A DNA stretch of 64,000 nt, taken from an uncultured Ignavibacteriaceae bacterium (GTDB lineage: Bacteria > Bacteroidota > Ignavibacteria > UBA10030). The position numbers and the translations under genes were made by a program. The notes under the pieces are model-generated. The model was not told the origin of the DNA. It worked only from the letters and a program-made list of their open reading frames with translations, and made no database searches. Numbering within the stretch: the stretch's first letter is position 1; every line of letters begins with the position of its first letter. The DNA is taken from the NCBI GenBank assembly GCA_964651225.1, contig CAZYYD010000004.1, forward strand, positions 8,932 through 72,931, in the 5' to 3' direction. Shown piece by piece: positions 54,327 through 62,772 of the stretch.

Positions 54327-55577
54327 TTAAGCCATATGGAATCCGAACTTTCCGTTGGTCGGTTCTGGTTCTTCATAGAATCCCTGATGGCTTTCCCGGA
54401 TCATCGTTGCAAGATATTCTTTAGAAAGCTTCTGTGGTTCGAACGAAGCAATGAGTTCTAAATGCTTCACTATATTGGCAATAAATGCTCCAGTTGCCTT
54501 CTTTACCTCAAGCAATGAGAGGACATTATCATCAAACAACTCAATGATCGTCGATAATTTTGTTTTACTCTTCACCAACTCGATATATTGCTTGGGTTCG
54601 ATCAAATTTACATCAATGACAAAATCAAATCGTCCGGGACGACTCGCTGCCAGATCGACAAGCCGTTTATCGTTGGTTGTTGCCAACAGAAAGAAATCCT
54701 GCCGCACGAATCCATCGAGTTTTTGGAGGAATGTTGCTAGTCTTGGCGTATAGAGGCCTTCGCTTCGGGAGCCGGTCATCAGGTCAATATCGTCAATACA
54801 AAGAACGACTGGAGAGAACATCTCGGCAAATTCGAAGAGTGAATTGATCCTGCTTTCATTGCCATTGGAGAATATAAACGTCGCTCTATTATTGCAGGAA
54901 TTTGCTATAGCACGGATGATTTTGGTTTTTGCGGTTCCCGGTTTCCCTGCGAGTAAGTAACGGAGTGATCTCTTTTGTTCATTGAAATGCAATACACTTT
55001 TAATAAAGAGTTGAATGTGGTCATTTATTTGTGATGGCAGATAGATTTCATCCAAGACATCGTTGCCTACATCAGACGCTTCTACATAAATATCGCCGAC
55101 CACATCTGCATAGCCGGATTTATCTACAGCCACCTGCAACATCCGATTCCGATACGGTGAATTTTGCACTGCCTCACGTTTGAGGAAATACACCAATTCC
55201 TCGCTTTGTTTCGAGGCAGGATCAAGACCCAAGATGGCAATTGTATGCTCAATCCTTCCCAAGCTTCTATCGGTAACATACATTGAAAGATCATACAATT
55301 GTTTTCTAAACATTACTGTTGCCGAGATATCATAATCGCTGATTCTGATAAAACCAGTGCTTTTCTCTATTGCCAGAGAAAGGAGTTTTGGCTTACTTTG
55401 ATTTTTACCAGAAACACCAGTTATTCTTATTACATCACATTCCGGATAGGGTAGATTCTTAGATCGAATTCGGTAGAGAAGACTTTTAACAAACTCGTAA
55501 TGATAATGGATCAGGACCTCTTCATAAGAGCTTGGAGTGAATTGCTGATCCTCAACTGCATTATTCTCTGTGTCCAT
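54327..55577 (-). CDS. classic-clade AAA+ ATPase with an uncharacterised N-terminal domain
   Basis: It has Walker A LLAGKPGTAKT, Walker B VVLCIDDIDLM, and a second region of homology ATTNDKRLVDLAASRPGRFD. Confidence 0.8.
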   Translation of the reverse strand: MDTENNAVEDQQFTPSSYEEVLIHYHYEFVKSLLYRIRSKNLPYPECDVIRITGVSGKNQSKPKLLSLAIEKSTGFIRISDYDISATVMFRKQLYDLSMYVTDRSLGRIEHTIAILGLDPASKQSEELVYFLKREAVQNSPYRNRMLQVAVDKSGYADVVGDIYVEASDVGNDVLDEIYLPSQINDHIQLFIKSVLHFNEQKRSLRYLLAGKPGTAKTKIIRAIANSCNNRATFIFSNGNESRINSLFEFAEMFSPVVLCIDDIDLMTGSRSEGLYTPRLATFLQKLDGFVRQDFFLLATTNDKRLVDLAASRPGRFDFVIDVNLIEPKQYIELVKSKTKLSTIIELFDDNVLSLLEVKKATGAFIANIVKHLELIASFEPQKLSKEYLATMIRESHQGFYEEPEPTNGKFGFHMA

Positions 55578-55643
55578 AGTCGGCTCCTTATTTTATATAA
55601 AGATAGCCAACAGGCACGAGAACTTCGTATCATTGAATGATAG

Positions 55644-56513
55644 TTATTTCGAATTCCAGAAATCAGTAACTTTTTGAGAGATGATTATTTTTGATTCCTT
55701 TAAATATTCTTTCCCTTTTCTTGTTGGATGCCATGACGCAATATATAATCGACCCCCTTTATTATTTATCCAATAGTCTTTTTTTTGTGTTCGAGACGCT
55801 GTTTCCTTTCTGTCTGAAATGGGAAAATAGTATTTCTGAAGTTGCTGCTCAAATTGGCAAGATGTCAAAAATATAATAATATCAGGTTTGAGTATTTTAA
55901 TTTCATTCTTTAAAATATTAGTGCAATTCTCTGCAAAATAATCCTCAACAAATTTAGTATTGATATTGGATCCCTGTTTATGAGCACCGCACTTGACAAT
56001 ATTCGTAACAGCAACATAATCGAGCCATTGAAACTCTTTCTTTTCTTCTAAATCAATTATTTTGGAATTTAGCTGATAATGAATAAGTTTGGTCACCTCA
56101 TTAATATATTTCCAATATTGAGAACCTTTTTTATAACCAGGGACAGGTTTAATAAATTCATAAAAATATCGAGGATTGAAAGAAGCTATCGAATCTATTT
56201 TCCTTCCAATTAGATCATCCCGATCATCATCCCATTTATTCTTCGGTATCTCAATAGCCTTCCCCACAAAAAGTATTTTGGGATTTATTGATTTATATTT
56301 TGAACCAATTGTATGAGGCAAAAAAGGGCCTACGACTAGTTTGTTTTTCTCTATTGCTATTTTGTGACATTTCTGACATTTGCTGTTTGAAGCTAAATTC
56401 CATATATGCTTCTTCTTGAAATATTGATCAAGCTTTCTGTATTCAGCTTGTTGAGCAATTCGTTCTGCTAGTCTATCTTTTTGCTCCCTAAGAGACTTAT
56501 CATCACGATTCAT
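55644..56513 (-). CDS. UDG-superfamily-like protein with N-terminal coiled-coil and CxxC
   Basis: It has KILFVGKA, VAVTNIVKCGAHK, LKPDIIIFL and ASWHPTRKG, collinear with family-4 UDG motifs. The catalytic GEAPG is not conserved. Confidence 0.5.
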   Translation of the reverse strand: MNRDDKSLREQKDRLAERIAQQAEYRKLDQYFKKKHIWNLASNSKCQKCHKIAIEKNKLVVGPFLPHTIGSKYKSINPKILFVGKAIEIPKNKWDDDRDDLIGRKIDSIASFNPRYFYEFIKPVPGYKKGSQYWKYINEVTKLIHYQLNSKIIDLEEKKEFQWLDYVAVTNIVKCGAHKQGSNINTKFVEDYFAENCTNILKNEIKILKPDIIIFLTSCQFEQQLQKYYFPISDRKETASRTQKKDYWINNKGGRLYIASWHPTRKGKEYLKESKIIISQKVTDFWNSK

Positions 56514-56528
56514 CTGGCATCCTCCTTT

Positions 56529-57377
56529 CTAAATACATTGAGTGATACTTCTTGCCTTATTTATAACCATATCTTGGAGCTCTTTTGGGCTCTGAATGCA
56601 AACATCTCCACCCCACCCCATCAGCCAATTGCCGACCTGTTCCAGTGAATTAACTTTCATCTTCAGAATAATAGAACCATCTTTCTGTTGGATTATCTCC
56701 TGATCTTCCGTCCAGACCTCGGCTTTAATAATCGGTGCCACCTTCTTGCTAAAGCGGCAAACGACCTCGTATTCAGTCGAACCACGCCAGTAATTGAACG
56801 TATTTCTAAAAAAATCCGTGCTGTTGTAGTCCTTAGCTCGTTGGAACTTCTTTTCCAACATTTCGATATTCACAATGTTTTCTACTAAGAATTGCTTAAA
56901 AAGACCATCTGATTTGGCAATTAGGCGCCAATCTCGCGAAGTCGGGATAAGATCGTATGGTTCAACCTCTCTGAAAACGGTTTCATCCTCAAACATCTTG
57001 TAATACGTTAGGCGAACTAAGCGCTTATTTTCAATTGCTTTCACAAGCAAGACAAATAAATCTATCGCCTTATCATGAAGTTTACGAACTATCAATGAAA
57101 TGTTTTTGGGATAGCTGATAACACTGCCAATGGATGCCAAGTAGAGAGCAAGAAGGTCTTGATTGATCTTAGGATCAAGTTTCTTGAGAAGCTGGACCCC
57201 ATTCCTAACGCTATGAATGGGAATTCCACGCTCGCGCAAATCCCTCAGATCCCTTTGAATAGTGGCGACCTCTACATCGAATTCCTTACAGAGGTCTGTA
57301 ATTGAAGGATGTTTTTCAACTGTCTGTATCTTTGAGAGAATTTCAACCTGCCGTCGTTCTTTTGAGATGTTTTTCAT
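56529..57377 (-). CDS. WYL-domain transcriptional regulator (HTH-WYL-WCX architecture)
   Basis: It has a DeoR-type HTH ITDLCKEFDVEVATIQRDLRDLRERGIPI. The middle region (VRLTYYK…REVEPYDLI…DWRLIA) is WYL-like. The ATG at 57377 is preferred over the long track ORF. Confidence 0.75.
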   Translation of the reverse strand: MKNISKERRQVEILSKIQTVEKHPSITDLCKEFDVEVATIQRDLRDLRERGIPIHSVRNGVQLLKKLDPKINQDLLALYLASIGSVISYPKNISLIVRKLHDKAIDLFVLLVKAIENKRLVRLTYYKMFEDETVFREVEPYDLIPTSRDWRLIAKSDGLFKQFLVENIVNIEMLEKKFQRAKDYNSTDFFRNTFNYWRGSTEYEVVCRFSKKVAPIIKAEVWTEDQEIIQQKDGSIILKMKVNSLEQVGNWLMGWGGDVCIQSPKELQDMVINKARSITQCI

Positions 57378-57504
57378 CGCTCGGACTAGTTCCCCTGGTT
57401 GTGGAATGGCAGGTTTATGTATATCAAAGCTACATAAATTGGAACTACTACGCAATTTGATCTTAGGACACCTTTTCATATTTCGAAAAAGAATACCGGA
57501 AATC

Positions 57505-57565
57505 CCTATATAGACCTGATTTAACGCCAAATAAAAATTCTAGGAATTCGATTTGCCTATATAGA
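57505..57565. promoter_or_regulatory. two copies of CCTATATAGA (palindromic core CTATATAG) 51 bp apart, upstream of the WYL regulator gene
   Basis: Exact 10-mers lie at 57505-57514 and 57556-57565, in the integrase/WYL intergenic region. Confidence 0.4.
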
Positions 57566-57717
57566 ACAGAAAATATTTCCAGAAAAAATCTGGCAAAACC
57601 ACTTTGCCCCTCCTCTCGACATTGATTCCTCTGGTATATCGGTGTAGAAGCAACCCCTGGAACTCCTGTAAGGCTTAAAAGCGGGTCCCATCTGAGCTCT
57701 TGGATCCCAGTGCGATA

Positions 57718-58752
57718 CTAAGACGCATCATTTTCGAAGATTCGTATCTTATTAACTGCGTTATGTAATTGACACGGTTGCAGATGGGAATAGATCTCTG
57801 TTACTGTTATGGTGCTATGGCCAAGAAGCCGTTGAACCTCATACAAAGGAACCCCATCCTGCACCAACCAACTTGCGAATGTATGCCGCAATGAATGAAA
57901 ATGCAGACATTGTTTCTTGATTCCGCTCACCGATAATATCTTCTCAAATTTATGAGTGACCAAGTTTTCCGCTATCTTCCTTTCATTAAAGGTAAACACC
58001 AATTGTTCTGGATCATCTCTGAATCTTCCTTGAAGCATGGGAAGTAGAGTAGTGTGAATAGGGACGATCCTTTTCTTCCCCGCCTTAGTCCTGAAGGACG
58101 GACCGGATTCTACTTGGATTGTCTTCTTCTCCAGATCGATATTTTTCCACCGCAGATTAGTAATTTCACTGCGGCGCATACCGGTTAGCACCGCAAATTG
58201 AATCACATCTTTGAACCAGTCTTCTTTTATCGCGCTATAAAAAGCGGAAAACTCCTCTTTCGTAAAATATTCAGGATATTGTTCTGGCACACGGCAAAGA
58301 GGTAACAGTGCGAAGGGATGTTGGTTTATCATCTTCCAGCGGTATGCTTTACTTATTGCACCGCGTAGTGCACGAAGCTCGATGTTAACAGTGACCGGTG
58401 ATACTTCCTGTAATCGACTCGATTGATATCTATCCCAATGATATGGGGTTAACCGCTCAAGCGTGATATCACCAATAAGTCTAAGAAAAATGTCTCTCGT
58501 TCTTTCATATATTCCGATAGTTCCTTCCCTAAGATTTGATTTAGAATATTCAAGGAATTGAACCATATACTTTGAGAATAGTTTTGGGGCTTTCCTTTTT
58601 TCACTTTCAATTTTAAAAGTTTGCAGAAATTTTAGTGCATCTGATTTTCTGCGTGCCCTCGTAGACACCTTCTGTCGTCTATTATTGTCATCTCTATAAA
58701 AAAGGTAATAAATGCCATTGCGATGTTTTGAAAGGAACATATCGACCTCCAT
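57718..58752 (-). CDS. int: tyrosine-type site-specific integrase
   Basis: It has the catalytic pattern GMRRSE…, HSLRHTFAS…, and LLGHSTITVTEIYSH (R…HxxR…Y). Confidence 0.9.
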   Translation of the reverse strand: MEVDMFLSKHRNGIYYLFYRDDNNRRQKVSTRARRKSDALKFLQTFKIESEKRKAPKLFSKYMVQFLEYSKSNLREGTIGIYERTRDIFLRLIGDITLERLTPYHWDRYQSSRLQEVSPVTVNIELRALRGAISKAYRWKMINQHPFALLPLCRVPEQYPEYFTKEEFSAFYSAIKEDWFKDVIQFAVLTGMRRSEITNLRWKNIDLEKKTIQVESGPSFRTKAGKKRIVPIHTTLLPMLQGRFRDDPEQLVFTFNERKIAENLVTHKFEKILSVSGIKKQCLHFHSLRHTFASWLVQDGVPLYEVQRLLGHSTITVTEIYSHLQPCQLHNAVNKIRIFENDAS

Positions 58753-58909
58753 TATTTATTTTTAGTATCGATTATTAAGGGGTATAAGAAGATAACGATC
58801 ACGCGATCATCACGAAAGTGACAGTCTTTTCAGGCGGCTTTGGGGACTTAAAAAGGGAAGCTTCCAACAGGTAAAGAAAAGCGCATCATATCGCGCTCTT
58901 CTTTTACCG

Positions 58910-59410
58910 TCATAGATAATTTTGGGCCTTGTATTGAAGACTTTGTCGGAGGATTGTGAAGCAGGCTTTGTCGAGGTGTTGTCTTTGCATAATTTCTTTC
59001 ATCGTGTATCCAGATGAGATGTCGTTTAGGATGTCCGTTTCGCTCTCGCTTAATGCACTCATAAAGTTGTTCGTGATACAATAATCGAGAGGCGTCGTCT
59101 TCGTATTCAAGACAGCATCACCGAGCGTATGAACATCATTTCTCCGTGTCGGTTTATCCAGATATGATCGCTCCGGTTTATTCCACGCATCCTTCTGACT
59201 CTTCCCCATTTCATCTACTGGGAAGGTTGAACGAAAGCTCAACTCCTTTGAACGGAAATGCATAATTGATTTTTGCAGGCCAAGCGAACACCTCTTGCCC
59301 AATTTCTTTTCCTGCAGAAAAGCAAAGGTAATTAGTTCGCTGCGCTGAAGTTTGTCACGGCTAAATTGCTCTGAATAATGCCATAATGTTTGATAATCCT
59401 GCTCTGACAT
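58910..59410 (-). CDS. putative regulator with C-terminal LuxR/sigma-70 region-4-like HTH
   Basis: LSESETDILNDISSGYTMKEIMQRQHL resembles an HTH of the LuxR/sigma region 4 type. It is divergent from the Ubl operon. Confidence 0.4.
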   Translation of the reverse strand: MSEQDYQTLWHYSEQFSRDKLQRSELITFAFLQEKKLGKRCSLGLQKSIMHFRSKELSFRSTFPVDEMGKSQKDAWNKPERSYLDKPTRRNDVHTLGDAVLNTKTTPLDYCITNNFMSALSESETDILNDISSGYTMKEIMQRQHLDKACFTILRQSLQYKAQNYL

Positions 59411-59620
59411 AATTCCTCCGATGATATAAGAATAGATTCTTCGTTCTTTTCTTATACCGCACGATTCACCCTACTCTCTTATAAATGGTATAAGAACATG
59501 TTCGCACGAACATATGGTCGTAAATCAGGCCACCTCTTTTCGTGGAAGGCGTTTGGGGAGGATAAATGGAAACTGCCTCCAATCACTTATTCACTCATCA
59601 TCATTCAAGGAGATCCATCG

Positions 59621-59830
59621 ATGAAGATCAAAGTTCTGAAACTCGGCGAAGCGGCAACAGAAGTGGATGCTGCTTCAGGCGCAACTGTGGCAGATGTCAT
59701 CAAACAAACAGGATATGGCGAGCACGGCTATACTCGAACACTCAACGGCCAGATCGTGTTTGACAGCACCGTGGTCAAAGACGGGGATGTGGTCACACTG
59801 GCTCCCAAGGTCGAGGGCGGGATTGCCTAA
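59621..59830 (+). CDS. ubiquitin-like beta-grasp protein (ThiS/MoaD-like), C-terminus …VEGG-IA
   Basis: The ATG at 59621 lies 8 nt after AAGGAG. It is 69 aa long, and DGDVVTLAPKVEGGIA is a ThiS/MoaD-type tail with two residues after GG. Confidence 0.7.
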   Translation: MKIKVLKLGEAATEVDAASGATVADVIKQTGYGEHGYTRTLNGQIVFDSTVVKDGDVVTLAPKVEGGIA

Positions 59831-59890
59831 GCAAATGCGAGAAGGCGGACTCGGATTGGGTTCGCCTTCTTCTTTTCTAGGAGCATACCT

Positions 59891-61051
59891 ATGGAACAAC
59901 AAATCTGGAACATTTTGAACAAATGCTGGCCAAATGATGATTTCGGTGTTATGCCTGCAGAAGATGGACAATTGAGAACCTTACCCGATGATGCAGTCAG
60001 CATTGTCTATCCGGTTCTTTCAAAGGATTTTCATTTCGAAACGATTGCCGGTGTTCGCGCAAAGCACAGTCCTGACATCTTCACGAGTGATAAAGCCTAT
60101 AACCACGAACACGAAGGATTGATACTGGCAAGGCTTATTGGATCGAGTATCTATTTCCTCTTCTCGGCAAACGATGAGCTTGAGCCTGTTGTCGATTCAG
60201 TACTGCAAGTATTGATTCCCAAAGCAAAGGAAGCCGCCGAGAAGTCGCAATTAAAGCAGTTTAAAAACGCGGTCTCATCAGCGATTGAAACACGAGTCAA
60301 GGAATACAGGAAACGGATCGAAGAGAACGAAGAAGAATCGCAGAACCTGGAGCGACAGCTTCAGAATCTTCACCGACAGATCAATACAGATACTCAGGCA
60401 TTCAGTGCTCTGGACGGCACCAAAGGACAGTGGAAAAAGAAGGCTGAGCGTGAGTTCGATTACTTGCAGCGTCTTACCGAGAACCTGTATGAATCGATCA
60501 GGATCGACGGCGACAAGCTTATAGCCAAAACATCTGAAGTTTCCATCAATTATGATGGTTCTTCTTATGAAATTGGTGAGTTCGAAGTGAGGATCGACCT
60601 TCCCTCCGGCGATCTGGACATTCAAAATCTCACACACGAAGTCGACGGCTATCAACATCCGCATATCTCAGACGGGAAACCATGCCTTGGCAATATAGGC
60701 AGCGGTGTTATTCGTATGCTGGCAGAGTTTGAGCTCTTCGGGGCGTTACAGATTATTCACAAATTCCTGCATAGCTATAATCCTCATTCCCCCTTTCACA
60801 AGATCGAGTATTGGAATCCCGACCATGAGGATGAGAATCGCAAGAATTACGAGGACTGCCGGGATGATAATTCAGGTTATGCATGTGTCGAGTGCGGCGG
60901 AGAGGATGGTAACTGTCCTTTCTATGACGAGGCATTCGAAGTATGCATGGAGAACTCGTCACTGGAAGAATGCACGCGTTGCGATTACCAGTGCCATATG
61001 GGAAGGCAGAGAATTCAACGACAACGACAAACGGAGGTGCAAGCAGCATGA
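59891..61051 (+). CDS. E2-like (UBC-fold) protein with N-terminal coiled-coil and Cys-rich C-terminus
   Basis: HPHISDGKPCLGNIG resembles the HPN…C E2 active-site loop. The tail CVECGG…CPFYD…CTRCDYQCH is zinc-binding-like. AGGAG precedes the ATG. Confidence 0.6.
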   Translation: MEQQIWNILNKCWPNDDFGVMPAEDGQLRTLPDDAVSIVYPVLSKDFHFETIAGVRAKHSPDIFTSDKAYNHEHEGLILARLIGSSIYFLFSANDELEPVVDSVLQVLIPKAKEAAEKSQLKQFKNAVSSAIETRVKEYRKRIEENEEESQNLERQLQNLHRQINTDTQAFSALDGTKGQWKKKAEREFDYLQRLTENLYESIRIDGDKLIAKTSEVSINYDGSSYEIGEFEVRIDLPSGDLDIQNLTHEVDGYQHPHISDGKPCLGNIGSGVIRMLAEFELFGALQIIHKFLHSYNPHSPFHKIEYWNPDHEDENRKNYEDCRDDNSGYACVECGGEDGNCPFYDEAFEVCMENSSLEECTRCDYQCHMGRQRIQRQRQTEVQAA

Positions 61052-61734
61052 ATAAGACAAAGGTATACCTCTCCATTCAGGCGTATCAAAAGATGCGTCT
61101 CTGGGTGGAGATGGCAAAAGGTGAGATCAGTTGGCTCGGATCTGTTTCTGAGCTGAAGGATCAGGATGGAATATTCGAAGCTTTCCTGATCGAAGATATT
61201 CACCTTCTGAAACAGACCTGCAGCAGTGCCAACACGGTGCTGGACGACCAGTCGGTAGGCCAGTTCTTAACCGAAATGGTTATGAAGAATCAGGATACAT
61301 CCAAGATCAAAGCCTGGATTCATTCCCACGCTTCAATGAAATGCTTCTGGTCCAATATTGATGAGGAATGCATTCGTAATCTTGCCAATTCAAGCTATGT
61401 CATATCGATCGTCACCAATAAAGACGGCGATATCCTGGCACGTGTAGATGTATTCAAGCCATTTCACATCACCGTCAGTGAAGCTGTAGTCGACATCTAT
61501 TATCCGGCAGATGAACAGTTGAAGAAGCTTTGCAGGAAGGAGTTCAAAGAAAAGGTCACAGAATCGATGTTCATTCCGGCAGGTCCGGTGACACAGCCAT
61601 TCCCCGGAATGACGGAGTTGGACCGAAAAGTCGAAGATCTGGAAGAACAGGTAGGATCTGGCAGAATCTCTCTGGAAGAATACCAGCGGGAGATCTCCAG
61701 GCTCGAAGTTGAATATGAACCGATGTGGGATTAG
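61048..61734 (+). CDS. JAB/MPN (JAMM) metalloprotease
   Basis: It has the JAMM motif HSHASMKCFWSNID (HxH-x7-S-xx-D) and an upstream Glu (EISWLG). There is an ATGA overlap with the E2-like gene. Confidence 0.75.
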   Translation: MNKTKVYLSIQAYQKMRLWVEMAKGEISWLGSVSELKDQDGIFEAFLIEDIHLLKQTCSSANTVLDDQSVGQFLTEMVMKNQDTSKIKAWIHSHASMKCFWSNIDEECIRNLANSSYVISIVTNKDGDILARVDVFKPFHITVSEAVVDIYYPADEQLKKLCRKEFKEKVTESMFIPAGPVTQPFPGMTELDRKVEDLEEQVGSGRISLEEYQREISRLEVEYEPMWD

Positions 61735-61738
61735 GCAA

Positions 61739-62026
61739 ATGGCACATTTACGATTCATAGAAGATTACTCTTCGGTAGAAGAGCTCTTTGACGACCTACA
61801 ATGCCTCAATCACCAGACCATAGTGCTCTGTTCAAAAAAACAATTGGCAAGGCTGGGCATCGATCTCACAGATGCCCACCGAGCCGCTTCCAGTTACATC
61901 TGCGGTGGTGAAGCTGATGTATGGCTGGACATCGTCACAGATAAGAATCATTTCTTCATTCAATCAATTAAGGAGCAACAAACTAATGGACGAAACAAAA
62001 TATCACCGGCAGTTAGACATACTTGA
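61739..62026 (+). CDS. small hypothetical protein between the JAB and E1 genes
   Basis: The ATG at 61739 gives MAHLRFIEDYSS…, and the ORF overlaps the E1 start by ~40 nt. The call rests on the ORF alone. Confidence 0.35.
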   Translation: MAHLRFIEDYSSVEELFDDLQCLNHQTIVLCSKKQLARLGIDLTDAHRAASSYICGGEADVWLDIVTDKNHFFIQSIKEQQTNGRNKISPAVRHT

Positions 62027-62636
62027 TCCCAAACTGATGGATGTTCCTGTCGTTGTCATAGGAGCCGGCGCGACAGGAAGTTTTACTGCCCTCTCCCTTG
62101 CCAAGATGGGGGTCAGGAATATCACCGTCTACGACTTCGATACGGTCGAAGAACATAACCTGCCAAATCAGTTCTACAGGCAATGCGATATTGGAAAACC
62201 GAAGGTGATCGCATTGCAGGAGATCATCGATCAGTTTGAAGGGATTCAGATCAATGCAAAGAACGAGAAGTATCGAGGTCAAAGGCTTTCCGGGGTAGTT
62301 ATTACCTGTGTCGATTCTATGGATGCGCGGTTGAATATCTGGAAGTTCGTGAAGAACAATCCTGATGTGCAGCTTTATATTGATAGCCGTATGGGGGCTG
62401 AGGTAATGCGTGTCTATTCAGTGAATCCAATGGACAAGTTCCAATGCAATTCATATGAAGAGAACCTCTACCCTTCTTCCGAAGCACTGCAGGAACGATG
62501 CACGGCAAAGACGATTATGTATACGGTGCTTTCGTTGGCTTCACTGCTGGCCAATCAAGTGAAAAAGTTCCTGGTCGGCGATGAACTGAAACGCGAACTG
62601 CTCTTTGACCTGAAGACCATCACACTCCTGACGTAA
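61986..62636 (+). CDS. ThiF/MoeB-family E1-like adenylyltransferase (short form)
   Basis: It has YHRQLDIL…VVVIGAGATGSFTALSLAKMG (Rossmann GxGxxG) and DFDTVEEHNLPNQF. The ATG at 61986 follows AAGGAG. Confidence 0.8.
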   Translation: MDETKYHRQLDILDPKLMDVPVVVIGAGATGSFTALSLAKMGVRNITVYDFDTVEEHNLPNQFYRQCDIGKPKVIALQEIIDQFEGIQINAKNEKYRGQRLSGVVITCVDSMDARLNIWKFVKNNPDVQLYIDSRMGAEVMRVYSVNPMDKFQCNSYEENLYPSSEALQERCTAKTIMYTVLSLASLLANQVKKFLVGDELKRELLFDLKTITLLT

Positions 62637-62682
62637 TGAACTAACCATTCTGAAATCATTTATTTAAAAGCGGAGGAGAAAT

Positions 62683-62772
62683 ATGAAGAAAACGACTATC
62701 AAGGTCATTATAGCAATTTTGCAGGGAGCTTTAACGGCTCTCACATCTATATTCGGGGGAAGAAACAAATGA
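62683..62772 (+). CDS. 29-aa hydrophobic micropeptide
   Basis: GGAGGAG lies 4 nt upstream of the ATG at 62683, giving MKKTTIKVIIAILQGALTALTSIFGGRNK. Its stop overlaps the next ATG as ATGA. Confidence 0.4.
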   Translation: MKKTTIKVIIAILQGALTALTSIFGGRNK

